From Limisphaerales bacterium (GTDB lineage Bacteria > Verrucomicrobiota > Verrucomicrobiia > Limisphaerales > UBA1100), in the NCBI GenBank assembly GCA_965659445.1, contig CBFHWX010000001.1, positions 1,876 through 65,875 on the forward strand: a stretch of 64,000 bases of DNA. The letters run 5' to 3'. Position 1 is the stretch's first letter; each line of letters opens with the position of its first letter. A program made the position numbers and the translations under genes. Shown in pieces: positions 8,436 through 18,632 of the stretch. Under the pieces are notes generated by a model that saw nothing but the letters and a program-made list of their open reading frames with translations, did no database searches and was not told the DNA's origin.

Positions 8436-10607
8436 GTGCTGCATCGAATTCTAGCTTGTTTGGTGTTGCCCTTCTCATTGGGTGCGTTTGACCGTGAGGT
8501 TCTTGAGAAGCGGGCGGCGGCAGGCGATTCCGGGGCGCAGTATCAACTGGCTGAGGCGCTCTTTTGGGGGACAGGTGGTAATCAGAATTTGAATCAGGCG
8601 GCTGTTTGGTCACGGGCTTCGGCCAAACAAGGCAACGCCAAAGGAGAATACCGACTCGCAGTGCAGCTTATTCTCGGACAAGGAATAGAATCTAACAACG
8701 AGAACGATAAGGAGGGGTTCGAGTGGTTGGCGAAGGCATCGGAAGGCCTTCAAAAATTGGCGGATCAAGGCGATCACGATGCTCAACACAAGCTTGCGCT
8801 GTTGTACTTGTCAGGGCTGATAAAGGGCAAGGAAGACAATCCCTATAATATTGACGGGGAAAAAGTTGTCGACCTTGTTAAAAAAGCAGCCAATGGAGGG
8901 AATGTGTCTTCACAGTCTCGGTTAGGCCTGATTCACCGGGATGGCCTTACAGGCAAGCGATCCTACAAAAAGTCCATCGAGTGGCTCAGAAAGGCGGCTG
9001 ACAATGGCTCGGCATATGCGGCTCTTGAAATATGGGCGTTGTTTCTGCAATCAAAGGGAGAACTGGTGAAAATTGAAGAGTCAAGGCCGTATCTGAAGTC
9101 TGCAGCGGAGGCAGGCTTGGCCGAAGCACAATATCAATACGGAATCGCATTGGGCAAGAGTTTGCTGGGAGAGATTGACCAAGAGGCCGGAATTGAATGG
9201 GTGAAAAAGGCGGCCGAGCAAGGGTTAGACTCGGCTCAACTGCTTCTCGGAGCAACACTTGCCACTGATAGAATCCTCGACAAAGACCTTGAGAAGTCTT
9301 TTGTGTGGCTGTCTTTGGCGTCCAAAAGCCAGTCCAGAGAAATTCAGACCAAGGCAACCCGCCCCCTGGCAAGAGTTCGCGGTCAAATTTCTCCAGCGAA
9401 GCGACTGGACTTGCAGCAGCAAGTAAAGAAATTCAAGCCGAAGGAATCCATCGTGACCAGGAATTTCGGTTTGGGATTGCAGGGTGCTGGAAGCGCCATC
9501 ACTGTGCCGATGCGGATTGACCTCCTCACGGCGCTTGCCCATAAGGGTAACGTGGCCGCAATGGGCATATTGGGGGAGTTTTATAGGAAGTCTGGGAAAA
9601 TAGCAGAATCCATTGACTGGTTTGAAATGGCAGCAGAGAAGAAAAATAAAGATGCAAGTGCCATATTGGCTCGAATCCTCCTTACTGGATACAATGGAAA
9701 GATGGAGCCTGATATGACCGGAGGTATCAAGTGGTTGCGTAAGGCGGCTGAGTTGGGCGATGTGCGCAGCATGAACGGATTGGGTGAATACATCATCAAG
9801 GGGGAGGTTAAGGGCATAAAACCTGAGGAAGCTGTGAAGTGGATCAAGAAGGCGGCGACAAACGGACATGCAGGTGCTCAAACAAATTTAGGGGGGGTAT
9901 ATATCGATGGAGAGTTGGTGGAGCAGGATTTTTCAAAAGCCAAACAGTGGTTCACAATCGCTGCTGGCCAGAATTATGCGCGTGCTCAATCCTTATTGGG
10001 TCAGTATTATAGAGAGGGTCACGAAAAGGGAAAACCCAACTTCGAAGAAGCCATTAAATGGTACCGGCTTGCGGCCAGACAAGGTGAAGGACCGGCGCAA
10101 TTTGCATTGGGGATGATGCATATGGATGGCGATGGGGTGGAACAGAGCTTTAAGGACGGTTATAAATGGCTGAAAATTTCGCAACGTTATGGCATGCCGG
10201 GAATTGGTAAATCTTTGGCGAGATGTGCGAAGGAATTGACCCCGACTGAGATAAGGAGAGCTGATAACGAGGTAGAACAGTTTCGCGCCCAGAATTATTA
10301 CCAACCTGATGCAGTCGCTGAAAAAAATGCAGAACCATCCGGTAAACCGGATATTGAAACGCTCCAATTTAGGGCAAACCAAGGAGATGCGGATGCTCAG
10401 TTTCAGCTTGGTAAACGGCACGCAGCAGGAGATGGCGTGAAGTTGGATCCTGTTCGGTCGTACAAATGGTTTAAGCTCGCACAGAATAGTGGGCACGATA
10501 AATCAGAAGAGGCGCTCGAAAAAATGATCAAGGCGCAAGGGATGAAAATTAAGCAGGTTTTAGCCGCGCGAAAACTGGTCAGGGAGTTCAAGCCAAAGGA
10601 CAAGTAG
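8436..10607 (+). CDS. Secreted Sel1-like repeat (SLR/TPR) protein, about 720 aa
   Basis: Many repeats of the Sel1 pattern (AAxGdxxAQyxLaxxYxxGxGVxxDxxkAxxWyxkAA), for example AAAGDSGAQYQLAEALFWG and ARQGEGPAQFALGMMHMDGDGV. I prefer the GTG at 8436, preceded by AAAGGA, giving signal peptide MLHRILACLVLPFSLGA. The track start at 8394 overlaps the upstream gene. Confidence 0.8.
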   Translation: MLHRILACLVLPFSLGAFDREVLEKRAAAGDSGAQYQLAEALFWGTGGNQNLNQAAVWSRASAKQGNAKGEYRLAVQLILGQGIESNNENDKEGFEWLAKASEGLQKLADQGDHDAQHKLALLYLSGLIKGKEDNPYNIDGEKVVDLVKKAANGGNVSSQSRLGLIHRDGLTGKRSYKKSIEWLRKAADNGSAYAALEIWALFLQSKGELVKIEESRPYLKSAAEAGLAEAQYQYGIALGKSLLGEIDQEAGIEWVKKAAEQGLDSAQLLLGATLATDRILDKDLEKSFVWLSLASKSQSREIQTKATRPLARVRGQISPAKRLDLQQQVKKFKPKESIVTRNFGLGLQGAGSAITVPMRIDLLTALAHKGNVAAMGILGEFYRKSGKIAESIDWFEMAAEKKNKDASAILARILLTGYNGKMEPDMTGGIKWLRKAAELGDVRSMNGLGEYIIKGEVKGIKPEEAVKWIKKAATNGHAGAQTNLGGVYIDGELVEQDFSKAKQWFTIAAGQNYARAQSLLGQYYREGHEKGKPNFEEAIKWYRLAARQGEGPAQFALGMMHMDGDGVEQSFKDGYKWLKISQRYGMPGIGKSLARCAKELTPTEIRRADNEVEQFRAQNYYQPDAVAEKNAEPSGKPDIETLQFRANQGDADAQFQLGKRHAAGDGVKLDPVRSYKWFKLAQNSGHDKSEEALEKMIKAQGMKIKQVLAARKLVREFKPKDK

Positions 10608-10608
10608 C

Positions 10609-12069
10609 GTGTATCGGTTTCTCCTCATTCTCCTCACTGGTTGCTGCATTTTCCCATTAGTCCGTGGAGCGGACTTGGGTGCACTGGAAAAAAAAGCTGA
10701 GGCCGGTGATGCTGAAGCGCAGTATCAGCTGGGGGAAATATATTTCGAGGCCTTGAAAGTGAAACGGGATTTGGCGGCGGCAAGGAAATGGATTGAGAAA
10801 GCGGCCGCACAAAAATACCCGAAGGCAGTATATCGACTGGCTTCCATGCGGTTCACGGGAGTGGGATTAAAGGCGGATCCTGTTGAGGGTAGAAAATTAT
10901 TTACACAATCCCTGTCGGGCTTAAAAAAATTGGCGGAGGAAGGTGATGCAGATGCCCGGGGAAAATTAGGGGTTTTATATGTAATGGGAGTGGCGGTGGG
11001 ACAGGATTTTACGAAGGCTGTGACACTGTTTAAAAAGGCGGCGGAGGCCGGTAATACCAAGGCGCAGTATGATCTTGCCGGCTCTTATCTGGCAGGGAAA
11101 TCGGTGGCAAGTAACCCAACCTTGGCGGGGGAATGGTTTGAAAAAGCGGCCCAAGCGGGTCATGGACCGGCGCAAATTCAACTCGGGATCTTGAGTATCC
11201 AAGCTCGCGGTATACGGCAGGATATTGAGGCTGGTATCGAATGGATTGAGATCGCCTCACGGTCCGGCCATCCGGACTCTGCCAAGAACGCGAAAGACTT
11301 ACTGGTGCGTCTGAAAAAGTTTCCGCCTCTTCCCGCGCGGGATATAGATCGATTGATCATAAAGGCAAAAGCGGGCGATTTGAAATCTCAAACCCAACTG
11401 GCCAAGCGGCATCAAACAGGGAATGGACTGAGGATGGACTTGAAGGAAGCGGCTCGTTGGTTGCGTCATGCGGCACGTCAGGGCGATGGAGAATCATGTT
11501 ACCGGCTGGGTGGTTATTTGTTGTTGGACCAAGCAGACAAGCGGGATGCCGCACAAGCCGCGCGGTTGTGGCGACTTGCATGCGCGCTGGGTCATTCCGG
11601 TGCGCAGGTGGACTTTGCGGTGATGTGTGCCAAGGGCGATGGAATCCCACATTCGTTGAAGGAGGCATATTTTTGGATGCTCATTGCCCGTCGTTCTCTT
11701 CAGGCTCCGCAACAAATGCAGAGGTTGGATATATTGCAGGAAATGATCGCCCGTGAGTTAGGTCCAGATTTAATTTTTGCCGGCTTGGGGGATGCTCGGA
11801 AATTTCAGGCACCCGAGACAGCCGAGGCTCGCCGAGTCGTTGCCGATGCGGCGTTTGGTGTTGGAAAGGCGCAATTGGCTCGAGGTAAAATTATTGCGAA
11901 GACATTTCCTGTCGAGGCTCTGATGTGGCTGCGGCTGGCGGAGACGCAAAATGTGAAGACCGCATCAACAGAAGCAGATGCATTGACCCAGACCTTGTCC
12001 AAAGCGCAATTGATCGAGGTTTCGAAACGGGTGAAAGCGTTTGTGCCGCTAGTGGAACCCTCACACTAG
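10609..12069 (+). CDS. Secreted Sel1-like repeat protein, 486 aa
   Basis: Signal peptide MYRFLLILLTGCCIFPLVRGA, then Sel1 repeats (AEAGDAEAQYQLGEIYFE, AEEGDADARGKLGVLYVMGVAV, AAQAGHGPAQIQLG). Starts 1 nt after the previous Sel1 gene. Confidence 0.8.
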   Translation: MYRFLLILLTGCCIFPLVRGADLGALEKKAEAGDAEAQYQLGEIYFEALKVKRDLAAARKWIEKAAAQKYPKAVYRLASMRFTGVGLKADPVEGRKLFTQSLSGLKKLAEEGDADARGKLGVLYVMGVAVGQDFTKAVTLFKKAAEAGNTKAQYDLAGSYLAGKSVASNPTLAGEWFEKAAQAGHGPAQIQLGILSIQARGIRQDIEAGIEWIEIASRSGHPDSAKNAKDLLVRLKKFPPLPARDIDRLIIKAKAGDLKSQTQLAKRHQTGNGLRMDLKEAARWLRHAARQGDGESCYRLGGYLLLDQADKRDAAQAARLWRLACALGHSGAQVDFAVMCAKGDGIPHSLKEAYFWMLIARRSLQAPQQMQRLDILQEMIARELGPDLIFAGLGDARKFQAPETAEARRVVADAAFGVGKAQLARGKIIAKTFPVEALMWLRLAETQNVKTASTEADALTQTLSKAQLIEVSKRVKAFVPLVEPSH

Positions 12070-14546
12070 CGGCGGGAGGCCAAATTGAGAGTGCGCCAGA
12101 ATTGCGCGGCCGGCTCCACTTTCATAGGATCGAGGGAATCGTAATGATACGAGATGCGCTTGAGTTTCGGTAGATTCTTCAGGAACCCGATTTCCCCGTG
12201 TTTTTGTGGCAACGTGAGTACTTCCAGATTTGTGCATTGTGCCAGTGGGGTAAGGTCGTGCAATTGCTCGCAGCCATCCAGTCGCAGTTCTCGAATGGGA
12301 AGGCCAGTCAATGCCTTCAGATTCGTGATCGGCGTGCGATCCAAGTGCAGTGTTTGTAGTGGCATTTTTTCCAGTGGCGAAAGATCCTTTACCCGGGTGC
12401 TACTCAAGATAAGGTGCACGAGGGGTGCGCCAGCTAGGGGCTCAATGCTTTCCACAGGCGAAAAGGCAACGGTCAACGTGCGCAAGGGTCGCGTGTGAAG
12501 GGGAGTCAAATCGCGCACGGAGGAATAGGACAAATGCAGTTCACGTAGTGGCATCCGGGCTAGCGCGCTGAGGTCCTCTACTTGGGTTTGCCTGAGGTTC
12601 AGACTGTTAATAGGCAGACGTGCGAAAGGTTTTAAGTTGCTGGTTTTGGTGCCGGCAAAATTCAGATCTAGGTAGCCGTGTGCATCTCTTTTGAGGCGAC
12701 CAGAGAGTCCGAGGTGTTTCACTTCGGCTTGGGCATTTCGCCAAGCGTTAGTTTTTTCCGTTTCGATCATGAACAGCGTATAGCGTGTGTCCATATCCAT
12801 GCCACGCCGGTATTGCCAGTGGCACACTTCTATCATGCCGTGAAGCGGAAGTTTTTCCGCCCCATACTTCTTGGTCAAGCGGTCGCAAAGTTGGCTGGCT
12901 TGGGTTGTGAATTTGTTTTCGCTACCTACTTTTCCGCCTCGTTTCAGAGCCTGCAGGGAGTCGGCGGGATTCTGCAGGGCCAAATGTATGCGAGCTAGTC
13001 GATGCCAGTGTTTCGGCTTGTTCGGATCCAGTTCAGTGGCCAGCTTTGATGAGGCAAGGGCTTCCATGAATCGCCCTTGGGACATGAGTTGTCCGGCAGC
13101 CTTATAACTGGTGGGGGCTGCCTGTCGGAAGTAGGCCACGGTCTCGGCTTGTTTGCGATTTTTCAAATGCGCATGGACACCGAAGCCAATGATTAGCAAA
13201 GCAATGACGCTGGTTGCGGCGGTGAGAGTGGCATTGCGCCGGAGAGTGAGGCGAAACTGTCGGAAAGCACCGGCGTGCTCTGCAACGGGCGCATAACCGG
13301 CGGCGTAGGCGGCAATATCATGCTTAAGCTCGGATACATCGTGGTAACGACGAGAGGTTTCGCGGGCCAATGCCTGCATAGCCACAGCGGAGATTGCCTC
13401 GGGAATCTGCCGATCGGGACAGTGCAGCAGCACGGCGGCATTCCCAGTGTCCGCATTGAACACGGTAGGCGGGGTGATTTGCCCAGCCTTCACACGCTCC
13501 ATCATTTCCGCATTCGTGCCCTCACCGGTGATGGGTGGGCGGAGTGTCAGGATGTTATATAAAATTGCTCCAAGTGAATAGATATCCGTACGTTCGTTTA
13601 TGGCATCTAGTCGTCCCTCAGCCTGCTCAGGCGCCATGAAGCTGGGAGTGCCCATCACGGTGCCGTATTGAGTGCCACTGCCAGTACCAAAAGTGCCGGT
13701 GGGGGAGTCGGTTTCGGATTGGTTAAGGATCTTGGCGATACCCCAGTCCATGACCATTACTTCGCCAAATTCACCGATCATGATGTTCGCGGGCTTGAGG
13801 TCACGATGGATGATACCTTTGGAATGCGCGTTGCTGACGGCGTCACAGATTTTCTGAAAAATTTCCAATAACCTTGCGAGGGGATAGCGGTTGACAATCT
13901 TGGATTGACCCTTGCGCAAACCGGTGAGCACTTCCTTGAGGGTGGTGCCGCGCACGAATTTCATGGCATAATAGTTGTGTCCCTGTGCGTCGGTGCCAAG
14001 ATCGTGAATGGGAACGATATGAGGATGATCCAGCCGACCCAGTACGATGGCTTCCTGAGTGAACCGTGCTGACAACTCAGGTGAAGCGGCGATTTCAGAC
14101 GTCATCACTTTGATGGCGACATGTCTCTGGAGCTGGTGGTCAAAGGCTAGATGTACTTCGCCCATACCTCCCTTGGCCAGTTGACGCACGCGTTCGTAAC
14201 GCTCGGGTTGTGTATTTGGCATGCTCGCCTCTGAAAGTGAGGGATCAATGGGGTGCAACTCGAGGGTGGTACGGCCAAGCGTTATGGTTTGTCCGGGTTG
14301 AATGTTGACCGCGCCAACGATTTGCCGGCCATCGAGTTGAGTGCCGAATCGTCCACCGACATCCTCGATGGAAAAATGGGTCTGAGCGACATGGAGCTGG
14401 GCGTGCTTCCGTGAAATCTCAGGGCTGTCGAGTGTGATCGGGCACGAGGGATCGCGGCCGATGAGGTAATCGCCCGGTTCGAGTTCAAAATTGGCTAAGA
14501 CTTGATCGCCTTTTCGGGCCACCAACTGGATGACGGATTTCGTCAT
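12066..14546 (-). CDS. Ser/Thr protein kinase with N-terminal FHA domain, TM segment, TPR-like region and C-terminal leucine-rich repeats
   Basis: - FHA: YLIGRDPSCPITLDSPEISRKHAQL
- Kinase: GGMGEVHLAFD, VAIKVM, HRDLKPANIM, DWGIAK, GTPSFMAPEQ
- TM: ATLTAATSVIALLIIGFGVHA
- LRR: repeated LxxLxLxxTxVxDLSPL units (LRELHLSYSSVRDLTPL, LQTLHLDRTPITNLKAL)
- Start at 14546 (MTKSV), preceded by AAGGAG. Confidence 0.85.
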   Translation of the reverse strand: MTKSVIQLVARKGDQVLANFELEPGDYLIGRDPSCPITLDSPEISRKHAQLHVAQTHFSIEDVGGRFGTQLDGRQIVGAVNIQPGQTITLGRTTLELHPIDPSLSEASMPNTQPERYERVRQLAKGGMGEVHLAFDHQLQRHVAIKVMTSEIAASPELSARFTQEAIVLGRLDHPHIVPIHDLGTDAQGHNYYAMKFVRGTTLKEVLTGLRKGQSKIVNRYPLARLLEIFQKICDAVSNAHSKGIIHRDLKPANIMIGEFGEVMVMDWGIAKILNQSETDSPTGTFGTGSGTQYGTVMGTPSFMAPEQAEGRLDAINERTDIYSLGAILYNILTLRPPITGEGTNAEMMERVKAGQITPPTVFNADTGNAAVLLHCPDRQIPEAISAVAMQALARETSRRYHDVSELKHDIAAYAAGYAPVAEHAGAFRQFRLTLRRNATLTAATSVIALLIIGFGVHAHLKNRKQAETVAYFRQAAPTSYKAAGQLMSQGRFMEALASSKLATELDPNKPKHWHRLARIHLALQNPADSLQALKRGGKVGSENKFTTQASQLCDRLTKKYGAEKLPLHGMIEVCHWQYRRGMDMDTRYTLFMIETEKTNAWRNAQAEVKHLGLSGRLKRDAHGYLDLNFAGTKTSNLKPFARLPINSLNLRQTQVEDLSALARMPLRELHLSYSSVRDLTPLHTRPLRTLTVAFSPVESIEPLAGAPLVHLILSSTRVKDLSPLEKMPLQTLHLDRTPITNLKALTGLPIRELRLDGCEQLHDLTPLAQCTNLEVLTLPQKHGEIGFLKNLPKLKRISYHYDSLDPMKVEPAAQFWRTLNLASRR

Positions 14547-14640
14547 GATTCTCCTTTGCCCGCACCAAATCCCCATCGCGCGCAGCCGTGGGAACCTACT
14601 GGAAAAACACGAGAATGTCGAGTTTCAAGGAGGGTTTCAG

Positions 14641-14669
14641 TTTGCATTGGGGCTGGTTTTCCGTATGAT
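14641..14669 (+). promoter_or_regulatory. Candidate sigma70-type promoter for the 14696-27885 gene block
   Basis: TTTGCA (14641-14646), a 17-nt spacer, then TATGAT (14664-14669), 26 nt upstream of the ATG at 14696. Pattern match by eye only. Confidence 0.25.
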
Positions 14670-14695
14670 GCGCGCCCTTTTACCCGACAGGCGCA

Positions 14696-16618
14696 ATGCG
14701 GCAAATCTCAATCATTGCAATCAATGCATTCATGGAACTGGTACGCCAGCCAGTTTTCCTGCTGCTGTTCACATTGTCGCCGATGCTTTGCGTGGGGCTG
14801 GCACTTTTCGATTATTTCGGTTTTGGAGGCACCTCAACCGGCCCTGTGAATTTCGACATTAAGATGGTGAAGGACGGTGCCCTGACGGTGACATTATTTT
14901 CTGGTTTGGCCGCAGCTGTGCTGTGCGCCACCTCGTCCATTTCCCGAGAAATAGAAACCGGCACGGCGTTGGCGGTGCTTTCCAAACCGGTCGGGCGCCT
15001 TCATTTTTTATTAGGCAAATATCTGGGCATCATAGGCGCACTCTCGGTGGGAACCTATCTCAACCTGATTAGCGTGCTGCTGGCCAGTCGCATGGCATCC
15101 GATGCGTACGGCAATTTTGACATTGTCGGCACCTTTACTTTTTTGATTTTTATATCATTGGCCTACCTTGCCGGCGCCCTTGTGAACTATTTTTTGCACA
15201 AGCCGTTTGTGCCGATTACAGTGGGATATCTAACAATAGCATTGACGGTAGGATTTTTTGTGATTTGCGCACAGGACAAAACAACAGCCTTTTACTGGGT
15301 GGATAGTGGAGCGGGGATTGATGCCTCTTTTTGGGATATTTGGAAATTTACTGATGGCGGAGGTATGAGGGGTAGTGAGGTGTTGCAGAAACTGGATATA
15401 GACAAAAATATGTGGGAGTACGTCGACTTTGGCATGATCCAGTTGACTGTGCTGGTTCTCTTCGCCCTTTGGGTTTTGGCCGCGTTGGCCGTGGCCTGTT
15501 CCACACGTCTTTCTTGGATGCCGACCATGATGATTTGCACCAGCGTATTCCTGATCGGAATGATGTCGGATTATTTGCTGGGAGAAGCGGCCGAAGGCGG
15601 AGGGTTGATCCGACAAGGTGAGTATGTGGAATACCGCCCGCTCGAGAACCAGCGAGGGATGCAAAAGGCCTTTTTTCTAGAGCCGAAGGGTATTCGCCGG
15701 TTGGAGTCCCTGCAATACCGTGTACGCGTGAATTTCTCAACCACTCTACACGAGGGCGAGGTGTTTGAGAATAACGTGATCACGTACGATGCGGGCACGA
15801 ACAAGGTGGCCACAATTGATTATGACTTTCTGCGCGAACTGTTGAATAACGAATTCAAGTTGCAATGGAACCGGCCTTTGAACAATGCGATGATTATAGT
15901 GGGGCGCGAGTTGATGCCAGCCGAGTTTCCTCAGGAAACATGGGAGACGTCAGTCTTTCTACAGTCTGATGAATTCCAAAATCGAAAAAAAGAAAAAGTG
16001 GCCACTTGGCAGGTCAAGGCTGACAAGGAGGGATGGGATTTCAGTGAGCGAGAGTCTGAATTGACGCGGAACCTGGTGGAAACCATTCGTCTGGAAAAAG
16101 AACAGGAACTGGTCAACCGAATGATGCTTGAGATGGATGCCAACTCGGGGAAGTTTGAATTGGGTGAGTTCGGGCTTGAAGACGGTGATGAAGACTTGTC
16201 GTTAGAGGTGCAGGCAGAGCGGAAGAAAAAGCAAAAGGAAAAATTCAAGCAGTTCCAGTACATTCGTACCCAATCCGAGATGGAAACTCTGCCTGGCCAA
16301 TTGTCTTTTTGGATTCGCCCGCAGAACGGCACTATTCACAAATGGGACAATGGAAAAGGGGTGTTAAGCGAGGTGACTCAAGGCTCAGCGGTTGCGAAAA
16401 TTCTTTACGTATTGCTGCCGAACTGGCAGCTTTTCTGGCTCTCCGATGCTGTCTCTCCTGAAGAAGTGGAATTGAAGGTGCTTCTTGGGGATATGAAGTA
16501 TCGGGAGGGCCACGTGCCTTGGAAATACGTGTTCACATCACTGTTTTATGTGTTCATGTACGTGTGTCTTGTGCTTTCGGCAGCATTATGGCTGTTTGAA
16601 AAACGTGAGCTAAACTGA
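14696..16618 (+). CDS. ABC-2-type permease-like membrane protein with a large charged insertion (640 aa)
   Basis: The N-terminal polytopic region carries the ABC-2/NosY-like signature SREIETGTALAVLSKPVGRLHFLLGKYLG. About 285 aa of soluble, K/E-rich sequence follows (EKEQELVNRMMLEMD, AERKKKQKEKFKQF) before LLPNWQLFWLSDAV and a final TM (VFTSLFYVFMYVCLVLSAALWLF). Confidence 0.6.
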   Translation: MRQISIIAINAFMELVRQPVFLLLFTLSPMLCVGLALFDYFGFGGTSTGPVNFDIKMVKDGALTVTLFSGLAAAVLCATSSISREIETGTALAVLSKPVGRLHFLLGKYLGIIGALSVGTYLNLISVLLASRMASDAYGNFDIVGTFTFLIFISLAYLAGALVNYFLHKPFVPITVGYLTIALTVGFFVICAQDKTTAFYWVDSGAGIDASFWDIWKFTDGGGMRGSEVLQKLDIDKNMWEYVDFGMIQLTVLVLFALWVLAALAVACSTRLSWMPTMMICTSVFLIGMMSDYLLGEAAEGGGLIRQGEYVEYRPLENQRGMQKAFFLEPKGIRRLESLQYRVRVNFSTTLHEGEVFENNVITYDAGTNKVATIDYDFLRELLNNEFKLQWNRPLNNAMIIVGRELMPAEFPQETWETSVFLQSDEFQNRKKEKVATWQVKADKEGWDFSERESELTRNLVETIRLEKEQELVNRMMLEMDANSGKFELGEFGLEDGDEDLSLEVQAERKKKQKEKFKQFQYIRTQSEMETLPGQLSFWIRPQNGTIHKWDNGKGVLSEVTQGSAVAKILYVLLPNWQLFWLSDAVSPEEVELKVLLGDMKYREGHVPWKYVFTSLFYVFMYVCLVLSAALWLFEKRELN

Positions 16619-16619
16619 A

Positions 16620-18623
16620 ATGGAAAAGCATGATGTCAAGGGCGGTTTCTGGAACCTGCTAATTAGTCTTGTGGCGTTGGGTGGTGGCGTGGTGCTGGTG
16701 ACCTCCACCAAAACCGGCACGGCATACGCATTGTTGTTCTTCGGTATAGTGGGCGTGTTGATTGCTGCCGTCAGTTGGGTGCATATGTTGCTCAGCAATC
16801 GCGAACAGCTTGAGCAGTTGGAATTGGAGGAGGTTCGTCGAGGTCGTGCCGGCGAGGCTCTGTTCTCCGAAGGCGACGTTTTGCCTGCAAGGCGTTCCCG
16901 GGAACAATTTGAAAAATGGGGTGTGCTGGGTGTGGCCCTAACCATTTTGGCGGTTCAGGTGGTTGGTGTTGGTTATCTCAGCTTTTTCAAACTGCTCGAT
17001 CTCTTTAATAAAATTGAGGCGGACAAGAATGCCATCTTCATGCACCCGCTTGCGCAGTACACGGCACTCATAGTTACGGCTCTGGTGGGATTGATCCTCT
17101 TTATTCGAGGTCAGTTTGCCTCGAACTATTCGCGCATTGAAAAGCAGCGACTGTTGCAGCCGGCCTCGGATTATGTGCTCTTCGGGGCTTATCTCAATTT
17201 TGCGATGGCCGCCATGGTGGCGGTTAGTTTCAAGGATCAACGAGTCGATGCCTATGTCGGCTGCGTGCTTGCGTTTTTGATCGGATTCATGGCTCTTGAA
17301 AATTTCCTGAGCATGATATTTGAGTTTTTCCGGCCGCGTGTGGCCGGTCGGCCCGCCCGGTTGCTCTACCAGAGCCGGCTTGTGGGACTAATTGCTAAGC
17401 CGGAGAACCTGTTTACGACCGCGGGCGATGTGTTGAATTACCAGTTCGGCTTCAAGGTTTCCGAGACGTGGGGTTACCGGTTTCTTCGGGAAAGGCTGGG
17501 GGTGTTGATTGGAATTCAGATCATTCTGTTATGGCTTTCCACCAGCATTGTGGTGATCCAGCCCTCTGAGGTGGGAATGAAAGTGAATGTCCTGGGTGGA
17601 GCCGCCAAGTCAGAACCCCTGAAGTCCGGTTTTCACCTTAAAATGCCATGGCCGTTTGCATCAGTGGATCGTTATTATCCAGGTCAGGTTCATAGTTTCA
17701 TCGTGGGGCTGCAGCCTTCCGAAGCTTTTGACAAGCTGGGCGCACCCAAGTTGTGGGCGGCTAAGGTTGGGAAGGACTATGATCCCCTCCGGGAATCCGG
17801 TTTTCTGTATTTCATGGCTGGCGGCAGTAAGACGGGTGCGGCTTCCCAGACTCCTAACATCCTGGTAGCGAGTGTTCCGGTGCATTATAAAATTCGGGAT
17901 GACAAGAAGATGCCGCTAGAGAAGGGGTGGCTGAGATTCGCCAACCCAGAAAAGTTACTGGAAAATATAGCCTACCGGGAAATCTCATCTTTTTTTCTGG
18001 GGAGTAACCTTGAAAAGCTGTTGAAAACGCAAGGGAGTGACGCGAATAAACAGGTGAAGCTCGCCATTCAGAATCGGGCCGATAAGAGGGAGTTGGGTGT
18101 GACCATTTTATTTGTAGGGTTGGGGGATATCCGCCCGCCGGCGGAATCTCCCAGCAATATAAAAGGAGAGTTTTCTGAAGAGGCGGGAGGCCCACAAGAA
18201 ACAGGAGGTGGGCCAGGGTTGGAACTCAGCCCCACGACCATGGTGCAAGCGGTGGAGACGCGTTTTGCCAACTTTGTTGAGTCCAAGGCAAATCTTGAAA
18301 GTGCCGAGGAGTTTAGAAAAGCGGAGGCGATTAAAAAGGCTGCCGGTGTGGAGCAGGAAAAGGGTCTGGCCAAGGTAGAAATAGATCTTGCCGAGGTTCG
18401 TGCTAAGGGGGAAACGAAACGCATGGAAAGTGAGACCGGTCCTTACCGTGCGGCGCCGGAGGTCTACCGACAATGGCGTTATCTTGAGTCCTTCCAGAAA
18501 GCCATAGCTAATGCGCGCAAGTTTGTAATTGCCGTTGGCAAGGGAGTTGATGTCCATGTGGATTTGGATCTTCAGGAATCTCTTCGAAGGGAGATGTATG
18601 AGGTTAAGGGGGGCAACAAATAA
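16620..18623 (+). CDS. Polytopic membrane domain fused to an HflK/HflC-like SPFH (band 7) domain (667 aa)
   Basis: The first 330 aa or so contain about 6 hydrophobic helices. Then comes an anchor helix (LGVLIGIQIILLWLSTSIVVI) and SPFH-like segments: QPSEVGMKVNVLGG, GFHLKMPWPFASV and VPVHYKIRD. The C-terminal YRAAPEVYRQWRYLESFQKAI parallels the HflK tail motif. Confidence 0.65.
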   Translation: MEKHDVKGGFWNLLISLVALGGGVVLVTSTKTGTAYALLFFGIVGVLIAAVSWVHMLLSNREQLEQLELEEVRRGRAGEALFSEGDVLPARRSREQFEKWGVLGVALTILAVQVVGVGYLSFFKLLDLFNKIEADKNAIFMHPLAQYTALIVTALVGLILFIRGQFASNYSRIEKQRLLQPASDYVLFGAYLNFAMAAMVAVSFKDQRVDAYVGCVLAFLIGFMALENFLSMIFEFFRPRVAGRPARLLYQSRLVGLIAKPENLFTTAGDVLNYQFGFKVSETWGYRFLRERLGVLIGIQIILLWLSTSIVVIQPSEVGMKVNVLGGAAKSEPLKSGFHLKMPWPFASVDRYYPGQVHSFIVGLQPSEAFDKLGAPKLWAAKVGKDYDPLRESGFLYFMAGGSKTGAASQTPNILVASVPVHYKIRDDKKMPLEKGWLRFANPEKLLENIAYREISSFFLGSNLEKLLKTQGSDANKQVKLAIQNRADKRELGVTILFVGLGDIRPPAESPSNIKGEFSEEAGGPQETGGGPGLELSPTTMVQAVETRFANFVESKANLESAEEFRKAEAIKKAAGVEQEKGLAKVEIDLAEVRAKGETKRMESETGPYRAAPEVYRQWRYLESFQKAIANARKFVIAVGKGVDVHVDLDLQESLRREMYEVKGGNK

Positions 18624-18632
18624 TATTTACTC

